Source: a virus. From it: 15,497 nt of DNA. The position numbers and the translations under genes are program-made. The stretch lies in the IMG/VR virus record IMGVR_UViG_3300045988_168012; one strand, 5' to 3'. Below, piece by piece: positions 1 to 5,474 of this stretch (positions are counted from its first letter, which is position 1; each line of letters opens with the position of its first letter). Below the pieces are notes generated by a model that was not told the DNA's origin, ran no database searches, and saw nothing but the letters and a program-made list of their open reading frames with translations.

Positions 1-99
1 GTTGATTTTGTAGAACAGGAAAATATTAAAAAGCAGCTTGCCGAACAAGAGGCGATTTTGGAGCAGCAGAAGAACACCGTTTCAGAGCTTCAAAAAAAC
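1..99. repeat. Terminal overlap, identical to 15399-15497 (circular or concatemeric assembly signature)
   Basis: Direct comparison: gttgattttgtagaacaggaaaatattaaaaagcagcttgcc...cagagcttcaaaaaaac occurs at both window ends. Unique length is 15,398 bp. Confidence 0.97.
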
Positions 100-2217
100 T
101 ATGACGATGCGGCGCGGTCGGTAGATGTTAATACATCCGCGCTGCAACGCTTGCAGAAGCGGCAGGGGATTCTTTCAAAGGTCGTATCCGGTCAAAGGAT
201 TTTCGGCGGTATCGGAGCCGTTGCCGGTCGTGCGAAAGATGCGATAGCCGAGAAAAGCAGCCAAATGAAAGACGGCTTTTCCGATATGTTCAAGAAAGGG
301 CTGAAAAGCGCCTTGCTATTCGGCGTCGGACTTCGTACCGTGACGGCTCTTGTAAGCAAGATGCGGCAATACGTCACGCAAGCGGTATCCGAGTTTGCGA
401 AGAGCGACAAAGAAACGCAGGGCAATATAAACGCGCTGAAATCTTCCCTCACGGGGCTGAAAGCCTCTTGGGGCGCGGCGTTCGCGCCTGTCCTTAACGC
501 GGTAGCGCCCATACTGCAAAGGCTCATTGCTATGCTCAATTCCGCAGCGCAAGCCGTAGCGCAGTTTATGGCGGTGCTTACCGGTCGCGGCTCATTCAAA
601 AAGGCGGTAGACAGCACCGGGCAGCTTTCGGACAATCTCGGCGGCGCAGCCGGGAACGCTAAGGAAGCAAAAAAGCAGCTCATGGGTATAGATACCCTTA
701 CCATTGCGCAGGACACGGACAGCGGCGGAGGTGGAGGCGGCGGAAGCGGCGCGACAGCGTTTGAAGATACAGCCGTAGACGCTGAAAGCCTCCCGGCGAA
801 GATCGCGGCAGCAATCAAGGCCGGGGAATGGGCGCAAGCTGCGTCCCTGCTTACCGGAAAGCTAAATGATATGATCGCTTCCGTGGATTGGGCGGGTATC
901 GGCTCTCAGCTCGGCGCGTATCTGGACGGTGCTTTGACGTTCCTTGCGGTAGCGCTGACAACGTTTGATTGGATGGGGCTTGCTGGGAATATTGCTACGT
1001 TCCTTAGCAACGTTATTTCCTCCGTAGATTGGCGGAATCTCGGCATTCTGTTTACGGCAAAATTCCGAATTATCCTACATGGTTTAGTCGGATTTATTCA
1101 GAATTTCGATTGGGGCGCGGCTATGTCGGCGCTGTCTCAATTCGCCGTTGGTCTGCTTAACGGGCTTACGGATGCAATACGTTCTATTGATTGGCTCATG
1201 CTCGGTCAGACGATCTATAACGGCGTAATAAGCGCTTTTCAAAACATAGACTTTGCCGGGATTGTGAAAGCAGTTACGGAACTTAGCGGCGCAATATGGA
1301 GCGCTACTATTGATCTTCTGCGCGGCATAATCGGCGAAGCGTGGCAATCTGTCGTTAATTGGTGGAATGAAAACGCTATACAGGACGGGGAATTTGTTTT
1401 TCTCGGTCTGCTGCAAGGTCTCTGGAACGGTGTAAAAAATATCGGTCTTTGGCTTTGGAATAACATCATTAAACCGTTTATCGACGGCTTTAAGGATGGT
1501 TTCGGTATTCATTCCCCGTCTACGGTTATGGCAGAGATCGGCGGTAACATCATGGCCGGATTGAAGCAGGGCGTTTTAAACAAGATCAATAACGTTATAC
1601 AGGCGTTCGGGCAGCTTAAACAGAGAATCACGGACAAGCTGCGCAGCCTTATTGACACGGCGCGAAATATCAATTGGGCGGACATTGGTACGAACATCGT
1701 TAACGGTATTATCGACGGTCTGAATCGTGCTTGGCAATGGCTTACAGGAGCAATCCAGCAGATGTGCAGAAACCTTTTACAGAGCGCAAAGAACATTCTC
1801 GGCATTCACTCCCCGTCTAAGGTTTTCCGGGAGCAGATCGGCGAGAACATCGGCGCGGGCATTGAAGAGGGCTTAGGCGATTCCGAGAGCGGATTAACGG
1901 CGCAGATGCGGTCTATCTCTTCCGGATTGATCGCGGAGGCAAACCGCTTTTCTATCGGGGAACAGCTCGCCAACATGGGCGGCTTTCGTATGCCCGCCGT
2001 TGCTATGGGCGGCGTAGTGCCGCCGAATGCGTTTTCCGGTTCTGGCGGTTATGGCATATCCCCGGAGCTTGAAAGCAAGCTGGACGCGCTTCTCGACCGT
2101 TTAACAGGCAATAAGCAGCCGATAGAGGTACACACGACGGTAGAGCTTGACCGGCGCAAAGTTGGCGAAAGCGTTTACACCTACACCGAAGAGAGAAACC
2201 GCGGACGCGGCAAATAA
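1..2217 (+). CDS. Tail tape measure protein, C-terminal 738 codons; the reading frame is open at base 1 and continues from 15150-15398 across the junction (about 821 aa in total)
   Basis: Frame 1 is open from base 1; the TTG at 58 in the ORF track is internal. Coiled-coil N-terminal part, hydrophobic A/L/G-rich segment, Gly7 linker, six periodic xxDW/DF motifs, and two copies of the GIHSPS(T/K)V...IG.NI.AG motif typical of Firmicutes siphophage tape measure proteins. Stop TAA at 2215-2217. Confidence 0.85.
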   Translation, partial: VDFVEQENIKKQLAEQEAILEQQKNTVSELQKNYDDAARSVDVNTSALQRLQKRQGILSKVVSGQRIFGGIGAVAGRAKDAIAEKSSQMKDGFSDMFKKGLKSALLFGVGLRTVTALVSKMRQYVTQAVSEFAKSDKETQGNINALKSSLTGLKASWGAAFAPVLNAVAPILQRLIAMLNSAAQAVAQFMAVLTGRGSFKKAVDSTGQLSDNLGGAAGNAKEAKKQLMGIDTLTIAQDTDSGGGGGGGSGATAFEDTAVDAESLPAKIAAAIKAGEWAQAASLLTGKLNDMIASVDWAGIGSQLGAYLDGALTFLAVALTTFDWMGLAGNIATFLSNVISSVDWRNLGILFTAKFRIILHGLVGFIQNFDWGAAMSALSQFAVGLLNGLTDAIRSIDWLMLGQTIYNGVISAFQNIDFAGIVKAVTELSGAIWSATIDLLRGIIGEAWQSVVNWWNENAIQDGEFVFLGLLQGLWNGVKNIGLWLWNNIIKPFIDGFKDGFGIHSPSTVMAEIGGNIMAGLKQGVLNKINNVIQAFGQLKQRITDKLRSLIDTARNINWADIGTNIVNGIIDGLNRAWQWLTGAIQQMCRNLLQSAKNILGIHSPSKVFREQIGENIGAGIEEGLGDSESGLTAQMRSISSGLIAEANRFSIGEQLANMGGFRMPAVAMGGVVPPNAFSGSGGYGISPELESKLDALLDRLTGNKQPIEVHTTVELDRRKVGESVYTYTEERNRGRGK

Positions 2218-2235
2218 TTTTCAGGAGGATAAAAA

Positions 2236-2661
2236 ATGAAAAATATCTCTGTATCGAACGTTCAGGAATACAACATCAACGGGAAAGTGGTTATCCGCTT
2301 TAACCCGATGGATACCGGCTTTGTAAAGCGGTTTCTTGCAGCGTGTGAAGAGCTGGCAAAGCGTCAGGAGGCTTTCGGCAAGGAAGCGGAGGAAGCCCCG
2401 GCGGATAACTTTTTCCCTGTCGCGGAAAAGTCGGATACCGATATGCGCGAGATCATCAACGGGCTTTTCGGCGAGGATGTATGCAAGCCCATTTTCGGGG
2501 AAATGCACCTTACGGCGCTTTCGGACGGTCTGCCGGTCTGGTGCAATCTCATGCTTGCGTTCATGGATGAGATCACGGAAACGGTCGAAGAGGTCAAGGG
2601 CAGCAAAGCAGAAGTCAATCCGAAGCTGCAAAAGTATCTCGCAAAATTCGACAAGAAATAA
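2236..2661 (+). CDS. Hypothetical acidic protein (141 aa) directly downstream of the tape measure gene; possibly tail-associated
   Basis: GGAGG at 2224-2228, 7 nt before the ATG. Clean ORF followed immediately by a hairpin terminator. I cannot assign a motif with certainty. Confidence 0.7.
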   Translation: MKNISVSNVQEYNINGKVVIRFNPMDTGFVKRFLAACEELAKRQEAFGKEAEEAPADNFFPVAEKSDTDMREIINGLFGEDVCKPIFGEMHLTALSDGLPVWCNLMLAFMDEITETVEEVKGSKAEVNPKLQKYLAKFDKK

Positions 2662-2688
2662 AAGCGGGGCATATTGCCCCGCTTCTTC
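2662..2688 (+). terminator. Hairpin terminator after the tape measure operon
   Basis: aagcggggca (2662-2671) pairs with tgccccgctt (2675-2684), followed by cttc. It sits directly after the stop codon at 2659-2661. The T tail is weak. Confidence 0.6.
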
Positions 2689-2690
2689 AC

Positions 2691-2730
2691 GCTTCGTAAC
2701 GCTCCGTAACGGTACGTAACGCTCCGTGGC
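2691..2730. repeat. Four tandem 10-bp units: gcttcgtaac / gctccgtaac / ggtacgtaac / gctccgtggc
   Basis: Read directly from the sequence. Exact 10-bp period with a shared CGTAAC core, in non-coding DNA. Confidence 0.8.
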
Positions 2731-2786
2731 TATGCGCTTGTTCGTTTCGCAGATGGATTTATAGCTTTGTACCAGAAAGTTTGTAT

Positions 2787-2844
2787 TAAAAATCCCCGGT
2801 ATCAAACGATACCGGGGGGGACGCTGGATGGAATCGAAACCCGC
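2787..2844 (-). ncRNA. Candidate small RNA B (about 57 nt): promoter plus intrinsic terminator with no ORF
   Basis: Minus-strand promoter TTGCAT-17-TATACT (2851-2879). Downstream is the hairpin ccccggtatc/gataccgggg (2794-2817) and then AUUUUUA on the minus strand. There is no start codon with an RBS in between. The transcript contains a C7 run. Confidence 0.4.
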
Positions 2845-2850
2845 ACAAAT

Positions 2851-2879
2851 AGTATACCGCACTTTCCGGGAAAATGCAA
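2851..2879 (-). promoter_or_regulatory. Sigma-70-type promoter (minus strand), TTGCAT-17 nt-TATACT
   Basis: Plus-strand agtata at 2851-2856 and atgcaa at 2874-2879 with an exact 17-nt spacer. Paralogous to the promoter at 2983-3011. Confidence 0.5.
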
Positions 2880-2884
2880 TAGAT

Positions 2885-2976
2885 AAAAAACCCCTCTGGC
2901 ATCCTAAGACACCAGAGGGTAAAAAGAAAGGAGGTACCCTGCCGATCTCGCTTTCCTGACGGTCGATTACTACACA
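2885..2976 (-). ncRNA. Candidate small RNA A (about 92 nt): promoter plus intrinsic terminator with no ORF
   Basis: Minus-strand promoter TTGCAT-17-TATAAT (2983-3011). The hairpin ccctctgg/ccagaggg (2892-2919) is followed by U6 (plus-strand A6 at 2885-2890). No plausible ORF. The transcript contains the CU-rich stretch ACCUCCUUUCUUUUU, which is anti-Shine-Dalgarno-like. Confidence 0.45.
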
Positions 2977-2982
2977 ACGCAT

Positions 2983-3011
2983 ATTATACCGCATTCCGTG
3001 TGATAATGCAA
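2983..3011 (-). promoter_or_regulatory. Sigma-70-type promoter (minus strand), TTGCAT-17 nt-TATAAT
   Basis: Plus-strand attata at 2983-2988 and atgcaa at 3006-3011 with an exact 17-nt spacer. Confidence 0.55.
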
Positions 3012-3054
3012 GAGTTATTTATACGCTTTTTCTTTTTCTGTATAATTAAACTAT

Positions 3055-3102
3055 TGCAAGCAATTGATAGCAATTGAAAGCATCTGTATACAATTGCTTG
3101 CA
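3055..3102. repeat. 12-bp inverted repeat tgcaagcaattg / caattgcttgca, with three CAATTG palindromes
   Basis: Inverted-repeat arms at 3055-3066 and 3091-3102. CAATTG at 3061, 3071 and 3091. Non-coding DNA between the sRNA-A promoter and the 3' end of the TA operon. Confidence 0.7.
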
Positions 3103-3169
3103 GATTGCAGCAAAAGGGAAACCGGCGCAGAGCCGAAGCCCTACGCCGGTATTTACGCTCAATCTTCTG

Positions 3170-3364
3170 TTAACCCCATACGGAAGCATGGGAAACGGTT
3201 TCCCCGCTATCGTATTCCTTGCGAGCTGCGGAGATCGCCGCTATATCGTCGGGCGTAGCAACATCATCCGAAACAAAGCGCCGGACGATCTCAAGCAAAA
3301 GCGCCTGTTCTGCCTCTGGCAGATAGTCTATCATGTGGTTTAACTGATCTCTTACCGGTGACAT
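3170..3364 (-). CDS. Putative antitoxin partner (64 aa) encoded downstream of the RelE/ParE toxin
   Basis: GGGGGTG RBS. The ATG lies 3 nt after the toxin stop, so the two form an operon. The protein is small and acidic with a C-terminal ...TPDDIAAISAARKEYDSGETVSH segment like short antitoxin or accessory proteins. No HTH is visible. Confidence 0.5.
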   Translation of the reverse strand: MSPVRDQLNHMIDYLPEAEQALLLEIVRRFVSDDVATPDDIAAISAARKEYDSGETVSHASVWG

Positions 3365-3367
3365 TCT

Positions 3368-3610
3368 TTACACCCCCTTGTAAACTTCACCACGCGGAGC
3401 AATCTTTTCTATCAACAGCACACCGGACGCAGGGAAAGAAAACAGGATGCGCCAATCTCCGACACGCAGCCGGTATGAGCCTGGATACCCTTGTAACGGC
3501 TTTATATCGCCCTCCGGTATCTTCTCTATTGCCGTTCGTATACGCTGCTTTGTCGGCCTGTCCATCCCGGATATAGCTTTTACGGCTCGCTTGGAGTATT
3601 GAATATCCAT
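3368..3610 (-). CDS. RelE/ParE-family type II toxin (80 aa)
   Basis: The motif ...PLQGYPGSYRLRVGDWRILFSF....VLLIEKIAPRGEVY matches the classic RelE/StbE/ParE pattern (YRLRVGDYRIIF...I.HR.E.Y). A consensus promoter lies directly upstream. Confidence 0.8.
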   Translation of the reverse strand: MDIQYSKRAVKAISGMDRPTKQRIRTAIEKIPEGDIKPLQGYPGSYRLRVGDWRILFSFPASGVLLIEKIAPRGEVYKGV

Positions 3611-3636
3611 TTGTATTCCCCCATCCGTGTAAGCCT

Positions 3637-3665
3637 ATTATATGCGGAACGTAAGCTGATTTCAA
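3637..3665 (-). promoter_or_regulatory. Sigma-70-type promoter of the toxin operon, TTGAAA-17 nt-TATAAT
   Basis: Plus-strand attata at 3637-3642 and tttcaa at 3660-3665 with a 17-nt spacer, about 27 nt upstream of the toxin ATG. Confidence 0.65.
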
Positions 3666-3690
3666 TAACTTTTTATGAACGGGGCGCAGA

Positions 3691-3740
3691 GCTGCGATTG
3701 GTAGCGATTCGCTGCGATTCGTACCCATTCGCAGCCGTTG
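3691..3740. repeat. Five 10-bp-phased degenerate units: gctgcgattg / gtagcgattc / gctgcgattc / gtacccattc / gcagccgttg
   Basis: Read directly from the sequence. Strict 10-bp register in a 305-bp non-coding gap. Confidence 0.75.
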
Positions 3741-3780
3741 GGGGGCGTCCGGGGGCGTTCGGGGGCGTCCGGGGGCGAAA
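3741..3780. repeat. Four tandem 10-bp units: gggggcgtcc / gggggcgttc / gggggcgtcc / gggggcgaaa
   Basis: Read directly from the sequence and contiguous with the previous array. Followed by three AAGCCAA copies (3779, 3788, 3808) and A6/T6 tracts. Confidence 0.85.
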
Positions 3781-3970
3781 GCCAAAAAAGCCAACGGTTT
3801 TTTAAGAAAGCCAAATAACCCACGGCTTTACGATAATGTATCATTAACGCACGATAACGTTTGCAGAAATCCCCAAAATGTAAGCAGAAAACGAAAAAAT
3901 GTTTGCATTTATTCCCTTTGTGCTTGCAGATTCGGAGGAAATGCAGACGGAATTATTATAGGAGGACATT

Positions 3971-4399
3971 ATGAAGCTGACAGTAAACATTAAGACCCTG
4001 CCCGCTAAGACGTTCAGAAAGGCGGTAAAGTACGCTGAAACGGTCGTTGCGGAACAGGCTTTGAAAGATACAGACCCATTTGTTCCGGCGCTTACCGGCA
4101 CATTCTCAAAGCTCGCTCACACGGTCGGGAATGAGATCATATACACCGGAGATCAGGCGCAATATCTCTATTACGGCAAAGTTATGGTAGATCAGGACAA
4201 CCGGCACGCCGTTTTCTATGAGGGGAAAGGATGGAGACACCGCAAGGGCGCGATACTCCACGCCACGGACAAGAATCTTGTTTTCACAACGGATATGCAT
4301 CCGCAAGCGCAATCCCACTGGATGGAAGCATCGGAGGCAAAGAACGGCGATAAATGGGCAGAGGTCGCGGAAAGAGCCATTGCAAAGGCGATAAAATAA
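3971..4399 (+). CDS. Phage minor capsid / head-tail connector-like protein (142 aa)
   Basis: AGGAGG RBS at 3959-3964. The pattern DTDPFVPALTGTF...IIYTGDQAQYLYYG...H.QAQSHWMEAS resembles the 'minor capsid protein' family of Firmicutes siphophages (D..PYVP.DTG.L ... YA.Y.YYG ... W.E). This is from memory, not a search. Confidence 0.55.
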   Translation: MKLTVNIKTLPAKTFRKAVKYAETVVAEQALKDTDPFVPALTGTFSKLAHTVGNEIIYTGDQAQYLYYGKVMVDQDNRHAVFYEGKGWRHRKGAILHATDKNLVFTTDMHPQAQSHWMEASEAKNGDKWAEVAERAIAKAIK

Positions 4400-4452
4400 C
4401 CTTGAAAGTGCTTTTCCCGCTTATGGGGAACGGCGGCAGATCGGGGAATAAG

Positions 4453-4525
4453 AAAGAGCGGGAATTAAATCCCGCTCTTTTCTTCATATTAGAGAATGTT
4501 CCCCGGCTGATAAGCCGGTTTCTTT
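4453..4525 (+). terminator. Two hairpin terminators between convergent genes; the first can act in both directions
   Basis: aaagagcggga (4453-4463) pairs with tcccgctcttt (4470-4480), then tcttc. ccggct (4503-4508) pairs with agccgg (4513-4518), then tttcttt. Confidence 0.65.
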
Positions 4526-4547
4526 CTCCCACAAGCGGGGGGAGAAG

Positions 4548-5009
4548 TCACGAACCGACGAAAGAATGAAAAGCCGTTTCATACGTTCCGGCATCTTCCG
4601 GCGTTACTTCATACGGAATGCGGAGAATAGCATAATCAGACTTGTACATATACTGATTCAGACCGAACGCGCCCAAATCTGCGCCGGTAAACTGATTCAG
4701 ATAATCATACCGGGATTTACAATCCGCTTTGTTGGCGAACGTTTCAACCGTTGCCGTGTTGATCGTCTCAATACCGGGAATTTCAAAATCTGCTTTTCCC
4801 GTGTATTCATTCGGACGGCCTAATTTCTGGTTTGGGTCGGTTTCTGCGGTGTATGCCGTTATATCCCCGACAGAACACCCGGCAGAGGAAAGACCGTTTA
4901 TAATATCCTCCGGCGTGTAGTCTTTCGGGTCTGGCCCGGACGAACCGCCGCAAGCGCACAGCACAAGGACAAGAGAGAGAGCAAGGAAAAACGAGATCGC
5001 TTTTTTCAT
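4548..5009 (-). CDS. Secreted lipoprotein (153 aa), moron-like
   Basis: N-terminus MKKAISFFLALSLVLVLCAC|GGSSG has a signal peptide plus a lipobox-like L-C-A-C. GGAGG RBS, its own promoter and terminator. One of only three protein-coding genes on the minus strand. Confidence 0.8.
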   Translation of the reverse strand: MKKAISFFLALSLVLVLCACGGSSGPDPKDYTPEDIINGLSSAGCSVGDITAYTAETDPNQKLGRPNEYTGKADFEIPGIETINTATVETFANKADCKSRYDYLNQFTGADLGAFGLNQYMYKSDYAILRIPYEVTPEDAGTYETAFHSFVGS

Positions 5010-5052
5010 TTTCTTTCAGCCTCCATTTTTTATTATGCCGGGAGATAAAAAC

Positions 5053-5081
5053 ATTATATGCAGGAGCGCAGAGAAAAGCAA
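5053..5081 (-). promoter_or_regulatory. Sigma-70-type promoter of the lipoprotein gene, TTGCTT-17 nt-TATAAT
   Basis: Plus-strand attata at 5053-5058 and aagcaa at 5076-5081 with a 17-nt spacer. Confidence 0.55.
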
Positions 5082-5109
5082 GCGGGGATTTTCCCCCCGA
5101 ATTTTTCTA

Positions 5110-5155
5110 TTGACTTTTGAGTGTGCATAAAGTATAATTCATGTGTGCTCAAAAG
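5110..5155 (+). promoter_or_regulatory. Consensus promoter TTGACT-17 nt-TATAAT with embedded operator-like repeats
   Basis: TTGACT at 5110-5115 and TATAAT at 5133-5138. An 8-bp inverted repeat cttttgag / ctcaaaag (5114-5121 and 5148-5155) and direct GTGTGC repeats (5121, 5143) bracket the -10. Confidence 0.7.
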
Positions 5156-5167
5156 TGAGGTGATGAC

Positions 5168-5341
5168 ATGAGCCCACGCACCGGACGGCCAAAGACGGAG
5201 AACCCTATAAATATCCGAACATCTGTTAGGCTGGACGCGGAGACAGACAGGAAACTGAATGACTACTGCGAAAAGCACGGCATAACAAAAGGTGAAGCGA
5301 TAAGAAAAGGCGTTCACTTGCTTCTGGCCGAAGAAAAATAA
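5168..5341 (+). CDS. Ribbon-helix-helix (CopG/Arc-like) DNA-binding protein (57 aa); not in the ORF track
   Basis: GAGGTG RBS. The sequence MSPRTGRPKTENPINIRTSVRLDAETDRKLNDYCEKHGITKGEAIRKGVHLLL fits the RHH pattern (GRPK, a beta-strand 'vRld', then two helices). Confidence 0.65.
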   Translation: MSPRTGRPKTENPINIRTSVRLDAETDRKLNDYCEKHGITKGEAIRKGVHLLLAEEK

Positions 5342-5397
5342 AATCTCCCGCGCTGGCAATCTTGGCGGAGCGACAGCACGGGAGACCCCCCAGACCC

Positions 5398-5437
5398 TTG
5401 CGGGAGTGGTGTAAATATTCTACTACACCTCCCGCAA
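5398..5437 (+). other. Strong 14-bp hairpin with one bulge in the RHH-Rha intergenic region
   Basis: ttgcgggag-t-ggtgta (5398-5413) pairs with tacacctcccgcaa (5424-5437). There is no adjacent U-tract, so it is not a clear intrinsic terminator. Confidence 0.6.
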
Positions 5438-5474
5438 AAGGTCAATCGTGACTTTTTGTAAGGAGGTTTTTTTC

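Noticed and set aside
192-1805. Several minus-strand ORFs (76-208 aa) inside the tape measure gene
   Set aside because: They are antisense shadows of a long, motif-supported CDS. Their compositions are proline/alanine- or arginine-rich and typical of the reverse frames of GC-rich coding DNA.
2826-2850. tRNA T-loop-like string on the minus strand (gcgggtttcgattccatcc), possibly a tRNA 3' fragment marking attP
   Set aside because: It has one extra T relative to GGTTCGATTCC. The flanks do not pair into a T-stem (gcggg versus ccatc), and no acceptor-stem or CCA-like continuation follows.
2828-2959. 43-codon plus-strand ORF (MESKPAQIVYRTFRENAIDKKPLWHPKTPEGKKKGGTLPISLS) antisense to both candidate sRNAs, which would resemble a type I toxin-antitoxin layout
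   Set aside because: The peptide is hydrophilic and basic, not a hydrophobic type I toxin. Its only Shine-Dalgarno-like run is buried in the terminator-B stem, and I found no plus-strand promoter. I cannot exclude it without expression data.
2221-2994. 257-aa minus-strand ORF spanning the 141-aa gene, the repeats and both candidate sRNA units
   Set aside because: It runs antisense to a well-supported gene that has a strong RBS, and it reads straight through two hairpin terminators and two promoters. Its translation is R/F/L-rich and low in complexity, and it has no RBS at its start. It is most likely a shadow ORF.
3691-3780. Possible CRISPR array or other spacer-containing repeat
   Set aside because: The units are 10 bp and directly abutting with no spacers, and there are no cas genes. 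The same applies to the arrays at 2691-2730 and 10327-10418.
3387-3844. Track ORFs crossing the iteron region (135 aa and 60 aa on the minus strand, 68 aa on the plus strand)
   Set aside because: Their translations are repeat-derived (PPDAP/RPRTPP or GGRPGAFGGVRG). They lack RBSs and overlap the toxin gene or its promoter.
3096-3932. Exact 11-mer gcttgcagatt at 3096-3106 and 3922-3932, and 9-mer gataatgca at 3003 and 10526, as possible shared operator sites
   Set aside because: Matches of this length are expected by chance many times in a 15-kb window when all position pairs are considered, so they are not significant on their own.
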